Counted from the stretch's first letter, positions 18,579 to 28,966 are shown. The stretch: 64,000 nucleotides of DNA from an uncultured Lachnospiraceae bacterium (GCA_964413365.1 CAYPRM010000004.1:925-64924); one strand, 5' to 3'. Numbers and translations: made by a program. The notes: generated from the letters alone by a model not told the origin.

Positions 18579-20543
18579 ATGACAAAACCAAAGTATTACA
18601 TGACAACGGCGATAGCCTATGCATCGCGCAAGCCCCATTTCGGCAACACGTACGAGGTCATCATGTCCGACGCGGTCGCGAGGTACAAGCGCGCACGCGG
18701 ATTTGACGTTTTCTTCTGCACGGGTACTGATGAGCACGGTCAGAAGATCGAAACGCTTGCAAACGAGGCAGGCATCACGCCGAAGAAGTACGTTGACGGC
18801 GTTGCGGGAGAGATCCGCGGCGTATGGGACAAAATGAACACGAGCTACGACTACTTCATCCGTACCACGGACGACTACCACGAGCGCGCCGTTCAAAAGA
18901 TGTTCAGACGCTTCTGGGAGCAGGGCGACATATACAAGGGCAAGTACGAGGGCTGGTATTGCAAGCCCTGCGAGTCCTTCTTCACGAACACGCAGGTCGT
19001 CGACGGCAAGTGCCCCGACTGCGGAGCTGCCGTGGAGCGCGCGAGCGAGGAGGCGTATTTCTTCAGAATGAGCAAATACGCTGACAGACTCCTTGAGTAC
19101 ATCGAGTCCCACCCCAATTTCATACAGCCCGTCTCACGTAAGAACGAGATGGTGAACAATTTCCTGCGTGCAGGACTGCAGGATCTTTGCGTTTCGCGCT
19201 CGTCGTTCAGCTGGGGCGTGCCCGTGGACTTTGATCCCAAGCACGTTACCTATGTCTGGCTCGACGCACTCTCAAACTATATCACAGCCCTCGGCTACGA
19301 TCCCGATCTGCCTTACAGTGAGCAGAGTGAGAATTTCAAGAAATATTGGCCCTGCGACGTTCATATCATAGGCAAGGATATCCTTCGTTTCCATACGATA
19401 TACTGGCCCATCTTCCTTATGGCACTTGACCTTCCGCTCCCCGAAAGGATCTTCGGTCATCCGTGGTTCAATTTCGGTGCGGACAAGATGTCGAAGTCGA
19501 AGGGTAACGTCATCTACGCCGACGAGCTCGCTGACGAGTTCTCCGTGGACGGCGTGCGTTACTATGCGCTCTCCGAGATGCCCTACGCGAACGACGGCTC
19601 AATCACCTACGAGGCTGTTATCAAGAGATATAATGCAGATCTCGTAAACAACCTCGGCAACCTCGTCAAGCGCACGCTCGATATGGAGAAAAAGTATTTT
19701 GACAGGGTGGTCTGTGCACCGACACAGTGCGAGGATCTCGATTCCGATCTCGTGAGCACCTGCGTTGGAGTCTACGAGTCATATGTTGCGAATATGGACA
19801 CCTTCCATCTTGCAGACGCTCTCGCATCGGTATTTGATATGCTCTCGAGAGCGAACAAATACATCGACGAGACCACTCCGTGGGTGCTCGCAAAGGACGA
19901 GACGAAGCGTGAGAGGCTCGGCACGGTGCTTTACAACCTGCTCGAGACCATTCGTTGGGGTGCGATAATGCTCGCACCGTTCATTCCCGAAACGAGTGAG
20001 GAGATCCTGCGTGAGCTTGGCACGGACTGCACAGGCTTTGACACGATAGGCACGGCGGACAGGTTCTGCGGTATCACGGCAGGAAGCTGCGTTTCCGACT
20101 CCAAGGTACTCTTTGCGAGAGTTGACGAGGAGAAGAAGCTCGCCGAGCTTGAGGAAAAGCGCAAGGCGAGATCTGCCTCTGCGGCAAAGGAAGAGCCTGC
20201 GGTGGAGCGTCCTGAGGGACTTGCTCTTATCGGAATTGACGATTTTATGCGCGTGGAACTGCGCTCGGCGAAGATACTTGAGTGCGAGCCCGTTCCGAAG
20301 GCGAAGAAGCTCTTAAAGCTCCGCGTCGACCTCGGCTACGAGCAGAGGCAGGTCGTATCGGGCATTGCTAAATTCTACACCCCCGACCAGCTCGTGGGCA
20401 AGAAGATAGTGCTCGTTGCAAATCTCAAGCCCGCAACGCTCTGCGGTATCGAGTCGAACGGAATGATACTTGCCTCGGGTGAGGAGCAGATCAGGGTGCT
20501 TTTCCTTGATCCCGAAACGCCCCTTGGCGAGAGAATAAGATAA
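18579..20543 (+). CDS. metG: Methionine--tRNA ligase with a C-terminal Trbp111/EMAP-like tRNA-binding domain
   Basis: It has the YASRKPHFGNTYE (HIGH region), KMSKSKGN, a Zn knuckle CPDCG, and the C-terminal RVELRSAKILECEPVPKAKKLLKL. Confidence 0.95.
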   Translation: MTKPKYYMTTAIAYASRKPHFGNTYEVIMSDAVARYKRARGFDVFFCTGTDEHGQKIETLANEAGITPKKYVDGVAGEIRGVWDKMNTSYDYFIRTTDDYHERAVQKMFRRFWEQGDIYKGKYEGWYCKPCESFFTNTQVVDGKCPDCGAAVERASEEAYFFRMSKYADRLLEYIESHPNFIQPVSRKNEMVNNFLRAGLQDLCVSRSSFSWGVPVDFDPKHVTYVWLDALSNYITALGYDPDLPYSEQSENFKKYWPCDVHIIGKDILRFHTIYWPIFLMALDLPLPERIFGHPWFNFGADKMSKSKGNVIYADELADEFSVDGVRYYALSEMPYANDGSITYEAVIKRYNADLVNNLGNLVKRTLDMEKKYFDRVVCAPTQCEDLDSDLVSTCVGVYESYVANMDTFHLADALASVFDMLSRANKYIDETTPWVLAKDETKRERLGTVLYNLLETIRWGAIMLAPFIPETSEEILRELGTDCTGFDTIGTADRFCGITAGSCVSDSKVLFARVDEEKKLAELEEKRKARSASAAKEEPAVERPEGLALIGIDDFMRVELRSAKILECEPVPKAKKLLKLRVDLGYEQRQVVSGIAKFYTPDQLVGKKIVLVANLKPATLCGIESNGMILASGEEQIRVLFLDPETPLGERIR

Positions 20544-20603
20544 AATATATTTACAAGCAAAGGGGAGGGCGATGCCTTCCCCATATCTTAGGGAGGTGTG
20601 CCG

Positions 20604-21407
20604 ATGAAATATTTTGATACTCACGCACATTATTTTGACAAATGGTTCGATGCCTGCGAGGGCGGTGTGGACGCTCTGCTTGACGGTCTTTTTGCCGAGG
20701 ATGTTGAGGCGGTGGTCGATATTGCCACAAATCCCGAGAACCTTCGTGAGTGTATCGCGCAGGCGGCAAAATATGAGAATATGTACGTTGCGGCAGGAAT
20801 ACATCCCGAGGACTGCTTACATATTGAGGATTTGGACGGTGCACTCGCAGAGATCGAGGCGTCGCTCGCAGACACAGAGATACGCAGAAAAAATAAGATC
20901 GTTGCCATTGGTGAGATAGGACTTGACTACCACGTCGAGGGGCTTGACGGCGAGGGCAGGGAAAGGCAGATGCGCGTTTTCAGACGGCAGATGGAGATGG
21001 CGAAAAAATACGGTCTCCCCGTTGTGATACACGATAGAGAGGCACACGGGGATTGCTTTGAGACCGCTCTGCGCTACCCCGAGGTGCATGGTATCTTCCA
21101 CAGCTACAGCGGAAGTGCGGAGATGGCGCGCGAGCTCGTGCGACGGGGCTGGTACATCTCGTTTTCGGGAGTCGTAACCTTTAAGAACGCGAGTCGTGTG
21201 CGTGAGGTCGTTAGCACGATCCCGCTCGACCGACTGCTCATCGAGACCGATGCGCCCTATCTTGCGCCGTGCCCAAACAGGGGTAAAATGAACCATTCGG
21301 GCAATCTCAAATACACCTGCGCCGCCATTGCGGAGGTGTTGGGAGTTGATGTGCAGGAGATCGCACGCATCACATCCGAAAACGCAAAAAGAGCTTATTC
21401 TCTCTGA
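20604..21407 (+). CDS. tatD: TatD-family metal-dependent hydrolase
   Basis: It has YFDTHAHY, IGEIGLDYH, VVIHDREAH and ETDAPYLAP. Confidence 0.9.
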   Translation: MKYFDTHAHYFDKWFDACEGGVDALLDGLFAEDVEAVVDIATNPENLRECIAQAAKYENMYVAAGIHPEDCLHIEDLDGALAEIEASLADTEIRRKNKIVAIGEIGLDYHVEGLDGEGRERQMRVFRRQMEMAKKYGLPVVIHDREAHGDCFETALRYPEVHGIFHSYSGSAEMARELVRRGWYISFSGVVTFKNASRVREVVSTIPLDRLLIETDAPYLAPCPNRGKMNHSGNLKYTCAAIAEVLGVDVQEIARITSENAKRAYSL

Positions 21408-21484
21408 AAATAATAATATTGGGGAATAAAATATTGGATACAGTGATATTGCACAAATTTTCGGGGCGGTTTTTGGTTAAAATC

Positions 21485-21735
21485 CCCTTTGCGGCAACGA
21501 AAATCCACACGGCGGTGTAAAAGACGAGTCGAGATTTCTCGTTACTTTAACACCTTCGGTAGAGCTCCTCGAGAATGACGCCTGATGGCGTCCGACGCCG
21601 CAAGGTGGCAAGATTCGGCGTGTGGAAACTCTCTCAGTCGGCAAGCTTACGAAAAATATTATGCTTTGCCGCAGTCGATCGTGCATTAAAAAATTCAAAA
21701 TTCGTTTTGAAAAACGGCACATTGCGTTTTTATTC
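21485..21735 (+). ncRNA. Candidate structured RNA or cis-regulatory leader; class not recognised and strand uncertain
   Basis: It has nested complementary segments: 21490-21497/21667-21674, 21504-21511/21619-21626 and 21514-21523/21545-21554, plus the hairpin gacgcc-tgat-ggcgtc. It ends in the small hairpin aacg..cgtt followed by TTTTTATT. Confidence 0.3.
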
Positions 21736-21811
21736 ACGCCCTGTTCACAAATATATATTATAATACAATTTTAGTGAATTGTTTTGCCCTGTGTGGGTGA
21801 AAGGAGACCTT

Positions 21812-22756
21812 ATGTCAGAAAGCAGATCAGCTGCCGCCAAAAAGACCTCGATAGGCGGTCAGGCGTTAATAGAGGGTATAATGATGCGCGGTCCGAAAAA
21901 GACCGCTATGGCTGTTCGTGATCCCAAGGGCGAGATCGTTCTTGAGGTCAGCGACAATTCCCCTGCGGACAAGAAGCCCACTTTTGTGGACAAGCTTCGC
22001 AGGATACCGATCGTTCGCGGAGTTTTCAATTTTGCGATCTCAATGATCTCGGGCTACCGTGCGCTAATGAAAAGCGCGGAGATCTCGGGCTTTGAGGACG
22101 AGGACGAGAAGGAGCAGAGCAAGGGACTTATGGCTGTGGTCAGCGTCGTTGCAGGTGTGCTCGGCGTTGTGCTCTCAGTGCTCTTATTCATCTATCTTCC
22201 CACGCTCATCTACGACCTCATCTCCCGTCTTGTTCCCGCTCTTGTCGGGAACAGGGTACTCAAATCTCTTTTTGAGGGCTTACTCAAGATAGTGATACTC
22301 GTTGCGTACATGGGTGGTGTGTCGCAAATGAAGGACATCAAGCGCACGTTCAGCTACCACGGAGCGGAGCACAAGACGATATTCTGCTACGAGGCCGGGC
22401 TTGAGCTTACCGTGGAGAACGTCAGAAAGCAGGGACGCTTCCATCCTCGCTGCGGAACATCCTTCCTCATTGTGATGGTGCTCGTTGGAATATTTATCGG
22501 AATGCTCATTCCGCCCGAGCTGCCCACGATCCTGCGCACGCTCATCAAGCTTCTGCTGCTCCCCGTTACCATGGGACTCGGCTATGAGTTCATCAAGTAC
22601 GCAGGCAGGCACGAGAATATCGTAACACGTATTCTCTCCGCCCCCGGGCTTTGGATGCAGAGGATCACGGTGCTTGAGCCTGACGACGGCATGATCGAAT
22701 GTGCCATTGCCGCAGTTAAAGAGGTCATTCCCGACGACGGATCGGATCTTATATAA
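21812..22756 (+). CDS. DUF1385 (YqhQ-like) membrane protein
   Basis: It has IGGQALIEGIMMRGP and YHGAEHKTI. The ATG at 21812 follows AAAGGAG. Confidence 0.8.
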   Translation: MSESRSAAAKKTSIGGQALIEGIMMRGPKKTAMAVRDPKGEIVLEVSDNSPADKKPTFVDKLRRIPIVRGVFNFAISMISGYRALMKSAEISGFEDEDEKEQSKGLMAVVSVVAGVLGVVLSVLLFIYLPTLIYDLISRLVPALVGNRVLKSLFEGLLKIVILVAYMGGVSQMKDIKRTFSYHGAEHKTIFCYEAGLELTVENVRKQGRFHPRCGTSFLIVMVLVGIFIGMLIPPELPTILRTLIKLLLLPVTMGLGYEFIKYAGRHENIVTRILSAPGLWMQRITVLEPDDGMIECAIAAVKEVIPDDGSDLI

Positions 22757-22759
22757 AAC

Positions 22760-22796
22760 AAAAAATCTGAACGGACGGATCCGTTCAGATTTTTGT
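22760..22796. terminator. Bidirectional intrinsic terminator
   Basis: There is a 10-bp stem atctgaacgg/ccgttcagat flanked by an A-run and a T-run. Confidence 0.75.
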
Positions 22797-22810
22797 TTAT
22801 CGGAAGTGCA

Positions 22811-23878
22811 TTAGGTAGTGGGATCTGTGGGGATAATGATGCTCGCTCCGTTATCGGTCATAACGGTGGGGAGCTTACCGTCCCATTTAGCGAGGTACTC
22901 GATGTACTTGAGATAATCCACGATCAACGCCACCTGCTCGTCGCTCTTGCCCTCGAAGTCGATGACGTACTCGATGGACGCAACGCCGCTCTCGTCAAGA
23001 GTCTCACGCTCGATGATGTTGAAGCCGAGAGCCCTTGCCACCTCGACGGATTTGAGCTGAAGTGCGAGGGATTCCGCGCGTGCGATCTGGATCTGTGCGT
23101 CGCGATCCGCCTCTGCCGCTATGAGCTTTGCCTCTGCGTCCGCCTTGGCGATCTCGATCTCCGCCTTAGCCTTGGCCTCTGCCGCGGCGATCTGCATCTT
23201 ATTCTCGTACTCCGCCTGAAGCTGCTTCTGCTCGGCGATCATCTTATCCTCAACTGCTTTTTCAAATGCGTCGGAGAAGTCGATATTCGTGAGGACGACG
23301 GTCGAAACGCTTACGAAATACTCGTCCGCGATAGCGTTCTTGATAGCCTCCTCAACTCTGGGCGACATTGATGCGCGGTCGGAAATGATATCCATTGCCT
23401 TATAGGAGGAGAGCACCGATTTCGTTTTCTCGATCGCGATAGCCTCTATGCGGTTCTCGAGCAGCTCGAGCGAGCCGTACTGTGTGGCGATCTCTATTGC
23501 CTTATCCGTTGAGATCTGATACTGCAAGGTCATACCGATATCCATCGTCTGTGCGTCGCTTGAATATGCGGCGGTGGTGATGGAGACGTTCTGCACCTTG
23601 GAATCGTAGTAATCGTACTTTGTGGTGATCCAGAGGTCAAAGTGCATACCTGCCGTTTTGACGTCCTTCGCCTCGCCCATGTATTTTACTACTGCTATCT
23701 CACCCGTCTCGACGATATGTATGCTCGGGGGGACGATGACGAGCAGAATGGCGCTGACGATGGCAAGAACGGTGGGAATTATCGCTGTCTTACCCGTGCT
23801 TCTGCGTTGCTTGACGGCTACTGCCGCCATAACGATGGTCAATGCCGCAAGTGCGGCTGCAATAATGAAAATGATCAT
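22811..23878 (-). CDS. SPFH/Band-7 (prohibitin/HflC-like) membrane protein with an Ala/Glu-rich coiled coil
   Basis: It has an N-terminal TM, an SPFH-like core (VVKYMGEAKDV...), and then AEQKQLQAEYENKMQIAAAEAKAKAEIEIAKADAEAK. Confidence 0.8.
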   Translation of the reverse strand: MIIFIIAAALAALTIVMAAVAVKQRRSTGKTAIIPTVLAIVSAILLVIVPPSIHIVETGEIAVVKYMGEAKDVKTAGMHFDLWITTKYDYYDSKVQNVSITTAAYSSDAQTMDIGMTLQYQISTDKAIEIATQYGSLELLENRIEAIAIEKTKSVLSSYKAMDIISDRASMSPRVEEAIKNAIADEYFVSVSTVVLTNIDFSDAFEKAVEDKMIAEQKQLQAEYENKMQIAAAEAKAKAEIEIAKADAEAKLIAAEADRDAQIQIARAESLALQLKSVEVARALGFNIIERETLDESGVASIEYVIDFEGKSDEQVALIVDYLKYIEYLAKWDGKLPTVMTDNGASIIIPTDPTT

Positions 23879-24030
23879 AATTTTGTTTCCTTTCTTTTTT
23901 GCTTTTATCTTAGCTTGTGAGTTTATTATACATCATATTCCGACAAAATAAAAGGGGTAAAAGTGAAAAATATCCTCCACAAAATGCACATCCGCTGCAA
24001 AATGGGCGGACTTTTTTTGCATTTGAGGCT

Positions 24031-24510
24031 CTAACGCCTCTTATTAAGCCGTCTTGGAGTGCGGCGAGCGGTGTTGTTCAGTTTTACACTGACTGTGCAG
24101 GCGATGAGTGCGAGTGTGGGATATCCTGCGAGCATGAGAGCGCGCACGTAATGCGGAATACCGCTATCGAGCGTAGGGGGCAGGGCAAGGGAGGCTATAC
24201 AGATGATGAGCACCGTTCCCACGCCCGAGATCGCACAGACGAGGTAGGGGGACGCGCGGTCGAGCAGCGGGGATATCACCCCGAGCAGCAGAGCGGAGGT
24301 GTAGAGTGCGGTATAGCCCATCGGCTCGACTGCCGACGCGGGATCTGCGAGGGAAAGAGAGACCGCCGTGCCTGCTAACACAAGTGCGACACCAAATGCG
24401 ACAGATATCATCATTCCGAGAGCGGATGCTCTGAAAAGTCTATCCCGTATTGGTGTGCTTCCCTGTGAGCCGTGTACGGCGGTCCTGCGTTTTGCTGTTT
24501 TGCTTTTCAT
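24031..24510 (-). CDS. Small polytopic membrane protein, function unknown
   Basis: It has about four hydrophobic spans. The ATG at 24510 follows GGAGGG. It lies immediately downstream of yajC. Confidence 0.55.
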   Translation of the reverse strand: MKSKTAKRRTAVHGSQGSTPIRDRLFRASALGMMISVAFGVALVLAGTAVSLSLADPASAVEPMGYTALYTSALLLGVISPLLDRASPYLVCAISGVGTVLIICIASLALPPTLDSGIPHYVRALMLAGYPTLALIACTVSVKLNNTARRTPRRLNKRR

Positions 24511-24584
24511 ATTCCAACCCTCCGAGCTTTTATTGGGAAATTTCAATAAAGCATATTCGCGGTGGGGTGGATATATGACGGAAA

Positions 24585-24908
24585 TTACTGAGCGTCCTCA
24601 GCCTTTACATCAACGTTTCTGATGGCAGCCTTGAGGATACGGATCTTAGTGCCGTCCCTGCTCGTTTCGATAACGCAGGTATCCTCCTTGATGCTTACGA
24701 TCCTTCCGATTATTCCGCCGATGGTCGTAACCTCGTCGCCGATCTCGAGATTATTTCTCATCTCGTTTGCCTCCTTCTCAGCCTTCTTCTGAGGTCTGAT
24801 GGTGAGGAAGTACATAGCGACGAACATCACCACGAGCAGGAGAATGGGGAAGAGGGATGACCAGATAGATGCCGTAGCGTCCGCGGTAGCATTTTCAAGA
24901 TAAAACAT
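24585..24908 (-). CDS. yajC: Preprotein translocase subunit YajC
   Basis: It has YFLTIRPQKKAEKE...LEIGDEVTTIGGIIGRIVSI. Confidence 0.9.
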   Translation of the reverse strand: MFYLENATADATASIWSSLFPILLLVVMFVAMYFLTIRPQKKAEKEANEMRNNLEIGDEVTTIGGIIGRIVSIKEDTCVIETSRDGTKIRILKAAIRNVDVKAEDAQ

Positions 24909-25101
24909 TTTTATTACCTCCGAGTAATTATTAACTTAATTATTATACAATATTTCCTTCGATTTTTCAATAGTATTTTCCGCATTTTCGGAAATTCAAG
25001 AAAAATTTACACATTTTTTGAGATTTTTTCGGGATCTTGCCTCTGCGCGGGCAAAAAAACGTCAAAATTGAGCAAATTGAGCAAAAAATCTTATCTTTTC
25101 C

Positions 25102-25130
25102 TTGCAAAATCCACGTTCTTATGCTATAAT
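25102..25130 (+). promoter_or_regulatory. Sigma-A type promoter for rimM-trmD
   Basis: It reads TTGCAA-N17-TATAAT. Confidence 0.55.
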
Positions 25131-25187
25131 ATTATGAATAGATATGTCTATTACAAATCGAAAGGTATATTTACGGTACTGTTTTAT

Positions 25188-25700
25188 ATGAGTGAGGCTA
25201 ACAAATATCTTGAATGTGGAAGGATAGTCAATACACACGGTGTGCGCGGTGCGATCAAGCTTGAGTCGTGGTGCAACACCGCGGAGGATCTTGCATCTCT
25301 CGACAGGCTCTATCTCTGCGAGGACGGTGGATACAGAGAGCTGAAGGTAAGGCGTGCGAAGGTGCACGGGGGCTTTGTGCTTTCGGAGATATACGGTATT
25401 GACAGCATCGAGCAGGCACAGGAGCTGAAGGGCTTGGTGGTGTATGCCGACAGGGAGGACATTGAGCTTTCCGAGGGTGAGACATTTATCGCAGACCTCA
25501 TCGGGCTACCCGTTATCGACCTTGAGAGCGGTGAGACGCTCGGGGTGGTCACGGACGTTCTGAATCTCGGTGCGAGCGATCTTTACGAGCTTGACACGAG
25601 GGCGGGCAAGAGGCTCATTCCCGCAGTGCCCGAATTTATTAAGGAAATAGATCTTGAGCGCGGCATATACGTTTCGCTCATTGAGGGAATGCTTGACTGA
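25188..25700 (+). CDS. rimM: 16S rRNA processing protein RimM
   Basis: It has LECGRIVNTHGVRGAIKLESW and a PRC-barrel C-terminus. The start was moved to the ATG at 25188. Confidence 0.9.
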   Translation: MSEANKYLECGRIVNTHGVRGAIKLESWCNTAEDLASLDRLYLCEDGGYRELKVRRAKVHGGFVLSEIYGIDSIEQAQELKGLVVYADREDIELSEGETFIADLIGLPVIDLESGETLGVVTDVLNLGASDLYELDTRAGKRLIPAVPEFIKEIDLERGIYVSLIEGMLD

Positions 25701-25701
25701 T

Positions 25702-26403
25702 ATGATAAGATTTGATATTATGACGCTCTTCCCCGAGCTTGTTGACGGGGTCTTAGGCGAGAGCATTATAGGACGTGCGCAGAAGAACGGATATATCTCC
25801 GTTCACACGCACGACATACGCGATTTTGCGAACAACAAGCACAACCGCGTCGACGACACGCCCTACGGTGGCGGTTTCGGAATGTTGATGATGGCGCCGC
25901 CCGTTTACGACTGCTTTGAGCACGTGAGGGGCGAGATACGCGAGTCCCTCGGCGAGGGAGTAGTGCCGAGGGTGATATATATGAGTCCGCAGGGTAAGGT
26001 GCTGACGCAGAAGCGTGCGCAGGAGCTTTCGGAATATGAGAGTTTGATACTGCTGTGCGGTCATTATGAGGGAATAGATGCCCGAGTGCTCGAGGAGATA
26101 GTCGATGAGGAGATCTCCATAGGCGACTATGTGCTCACGGGTGGCGAGCTGCCTGCGTGCGTGCTGGTGGATTGCATTTCCCGAATGTGCGAGGGAGTGC
26201 TTCCCGACAAGAGGTGCTACGAGGATGAGAGCATCTCCTGCGGTGCGCTCGAATATCCGCAATACACGCGCCCGTATGAGTTCCACGGCAAGAAGGTGCC
26301 CGATGTGCTCATTTCGGGAAATCACGCGCAGATAGATAAATGGAGAGCGGAGAGGTCCGCCGAGGTAACTCGTGAAAAGCGACCTGATCTGCTCACCGAA
26401 TGA
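25702..26403 (+). CDS. trmD: tRNA (guanine37-N1)-methyltransferase
   Basis: It has MIRFDIMTLFPE, DDTPYGGGFGM and LCGHYEGIDARV. Confidence 0.95.
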   Translation: MIRFDIMTLFPELVDGVLGESIIGRAQKNGYISVHTHDIRDFANNKHNRVDDTPYGGGFGMLMMAPPVYDCFEHVRGEIRESLGEGVVPRVIYMSPQGKVLTQKRAQELSEYESLILLCGHYEGIDARVLEEIVDEEISIGDYVLTGGELPACVLVDCISRMCEGVLPDKRCYEDESISCGALEYPQYTRPYEFHGKKVPDVLISGNHAQIDKWRAERSAEVTREKRPDLLTE

Positions 26404-26427
26404 TCCCGCTTGAGGGGAGGGAAACAG

Positions 26428-28428
26428 TTGAAAAATAAGGAAAACAGCAAGCGTATGCGTGAGGAGGAGATCTTCTCGCAGGGGAAGCACCGCAGGACCG
26501 CAGGACGCAGGGAGAAAAATTTCGGTGTCATACTGAGTCTGCTCTTCTCGCTCTCCGACAGGCTCGAGCGAGCCTATAAGAGCAGTCTGATAGGGTACTT
26601 CTTCATATCGCTTTATTCAAGATTGAACGACAGCTGGGAGAGGGGCGCGATCCGCCGCCGACTTCACAGGAGACGCTCGGCAAGCAAGGGACGAGGGCAC
26701 AGATCCCCTCTGAGCTTTGCGGAGCTTTACGAGAGCAGTCTGCTATCCCGTATAATTACGGGCTTTACAAGCAGGGTGGTCAACTCCAAGGTGAGAATAT
26801 TCGGCGTATTCCTCTTCGTTTTCGGATTTCTGACCACGTTCGCCGCGATGCTGAGGTATTTCCTCGTATCGGAGATAATGTGGATAAATCTCATTACGGG
26901 AGTTGCCGTTGCGCTTCTCTCCGTGCCGCTCCTGATCTCGGGAAAGCGGTTCGGGCAGGCGTTGATAGACGGCAGGATATCGGGATACGTTATGAATGTG
27001 ATCCTCAGTGTCGACGAGTCGAGATTTGAGTGGGATGAGGACGCGCAGAGCGTCGGATATCCCGTCGTGCTCGCCGTCTCCGCAGTTCTCGGAATACTCA
27101 CCTACGTAATAAGCCCTGTATACATCATAGTCGCATTCATATTTGCGACGATATTCGGCACGATAATGTGCTTTCCGGAGCTTGGTATCATGGCGACGCT
27201 CGTCTGCATACCGTTTACCAGCGTATTTGATCATCCGTCGGTGGCGGTAACGGTGCTTATAGGCATCACGCTCGCAGGCTACATCTCAAAGCTCGTGCGC
27301 GGCAAGAGGGTGCTCCGTCTTACGCTTATCGATGTGATCGTAGCTCTTTTCGGACTGCTGATCCTATTTGGCGGAATATGCACGGGAGGCTCCTCGGATT
27401 CGTTCAGGAGCGCGGCAATGTACTTTGCGTTCCTCCTGCTCTACTTCCTCATAGTGAATTCTTATATACGTAAGACTTGGATATACAGGGGACTTAAGCT
27501 CATCGTCATTTCGACGGGCATCGTCGCGATCCTCGGTGTCCTTGAGGACGGAATGATAGGCTCGTCCATCGTGGATATGTCGATATTCTCCGACATCGGT
27601 GCGAGGATCAGCGCATTTCTCGGAAACCCCAATATGCTCGCCGCATATCTCGTTATAGTCCTTCCCATTGCGCTCGGCGAGGTGGCGGTGGCAGGAAGAT
27701 GGAGCACAAGGCTCTGGTACATCTTCTGCTCGCTCGCGATAGGCACGTGCATAGTAATTACGTGGTCGCGTGCGGCGTGGCTCGGAATGGTTGTGGCACT
27801 TGTGATGTTCCTGCTCGCGTGCGATCTCAGGACGGGTTGGCTCGCGGTCGGCGCGGCGGCGACGATCCCTATTTGGATAGGCTTTGTGCCCGACAGCTTT
27901 ACAAGACGGCTCTCGACCATACTTTCCGCCGCGGACGGCGATCTTAGCTACCGAATGAATATATGGAGGGGCGTTACGAGAATGATCGGCGATCACCTTA
28001 TCTCGGGCGTCGGAGTTGGAGAGGAGGCATTCAAAAATGCTTACGTGCTCTACGCTGTCTCGGGAACGGAGACGGCGGTACATTCTCACAACCTCTATCT
28101 TCAGGTGCTTATTGAGCTTGGTATAGTCGGCATCGTGATCCTTGCGCTCGTTATGATAATGTTTGCGCAGAGGTGCTCCTCGGAGATAGCAAATCTGAAG
28201 AGGGGGAGCAAGACGAGGATAATGATCTCCGCAGGCTTCTCGGGCATTTGCGGAGTGCTCGTTATGGGACTTACCGATCACGTTTGGTACGATTACCGTG
28301 TATTTCTCATCTTCTGGGCGGTCATGGCACTCACGGTCGCTCTTGCAAGAATAAATGAAAAGGAAAGGAAAAAGGAGTTAGCAGGCATCTCCAACGGCGC
28401 GCGAAGCGTTGAGCTTGAGATCTCTTAA
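26428..28428 (+). CDS. O-antigen ligase (Wzy_C) family polytopic membrane protein
   Basis: It has more than 10 TM spans and the block ITWSRAAWLGMVVALVMFLL typical of the Wzy_C domain. The start is uncertain: TTG at 26428 after GAGGGGAGGG, with alternatives at 26410 and 26455. Confidence 0.65.
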   Translation: MKNKENSKRMREEEIFSQGKHRRTAGRREKNFGVILSLLFSLSDRLERAYKSSLIGYFFISLYSRLNDSWERGAIRRRLHRRRSASKGRGHRSPLSFAELYESSLLSRIITGFTSRVVNSKVRIFGVFLFVFGFLTTFAAMLRYFLVSEIMWINLITGVAVALLSVPLLISGKRFGQALIDGRISGYVMNVILSVDESRFEWDEDAQSVGYPVVLAVSAVLGILTYVISPVYIIVAFIFATIFGTIMCFPELGIMATLVCIPFTSVFDHPSVAVTVLIGITLAGYISKLVRGKRVLRLTLIDVIVALFGLLILFGGICTGGSSDSFRSAAMYFAFLLLYFLIVNSYIRKTWIYRGLKLIVISTGIVAILGVLEDGMIGSSIVDMSIFSDIGARISAFLGNPNMLAAYLVIVLPIALGEVAVAGRWSTRLWYIFCSLAIGTCIVITWSRAAWLGMVVALVMFLLACDLRTGWLAVGAAATIPIWIGFVPDSFTRRLSTILSAADGDLSYRMNIWRGVTRMIGDHLISGVGVGEEAFKNAYVLYAVSGTETAVHSHNLYLQVLIELGIVGIVILALVMIMFAQRCSSEIANLKRGSKTRIMISAGFSGICGVLVMGLTDHVWYDYRVFLIFWAVMALTVALARINEKERKKELAGISNGARSVELEIS

Positions 28429-28438
28429 GGAGGATTTT

Positions 28439-28951
28439 ATGGAAAATAATATAAATATCTCGGAAAGGAAGCGCGGTCGCTTCAATATAGCGGATGTGAT
28501 AATGATCCTTGTGATACTTGCCATCGCCTTTGGTATATTCAGACTTGTCGATCCCTTCCATTGGTTCACCACCAACGAGGTAAGGAACGTGAGCATACGC
28601 TACGTCGTCAAGCTCTCGGGCATAGATGACGATATCAACGTCAAGGATACCGTAAAGAACGGTGTGGCTGTGATGAATTCCGCTACGGAATATTCCATGG
28701 GCACGGTCGAGTCCGTTAAGCTACAGGATGCGACGATCTGGGAGTATGTCGAGGACAGCCCCGAGATGGTGCAAAAGACCATAGAGGGCAAGAGCGACAT
28801 CTACATTACGGTAACTGTCAGAGCGACATACGAGAGCGGTGTTGGCTACGAGGTCAACGGTCAGCGTATCGCGGTGGGCACTCTGCTCGACCTGAGGCTC
28901 TCAAGCTTTGTCGGCAGCGGATACTGCGTCGAGCTTGAGGAAATAGGATAA
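28439..28951 (+). CDS. DUF4330-like protein (N-terminal TM anchor), copy 1
   Basis: It has KRGRFNIADVIMILVILAIAFGIF followed by a beta-rich domain. An AAGGAGG RBS is present. Confidence 0.5.
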   Translation: MENNINISERKRGRFNIADVIMILVILAIAFGIFRLVDPFHWFTTNEVRNVSIRYVVKLSGIDDDINVKDTVKNGVAVMNSATEYSMGTVESVKLQDATIWEYVEDSPEMVQKTIEGKSDIYITVTVRATYESGVGYEVNGQRIAVGTLLDLRLSSFVGSGYCVELEEIG

Positions 28952-28966
28952 GATGGAGGTACGGAT

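Noticed and set aside
21507-21523. ACACGGCGG...AAAAG string resembling part of the ykkC/guanidine-I consensus
   Set aside because: The other conserved ykkC blocks (CUAGGGUUCCG, GGUCCGAGAG, CCCGGGAGA) are absent, so it is treated only as part of an unclassified structured element.
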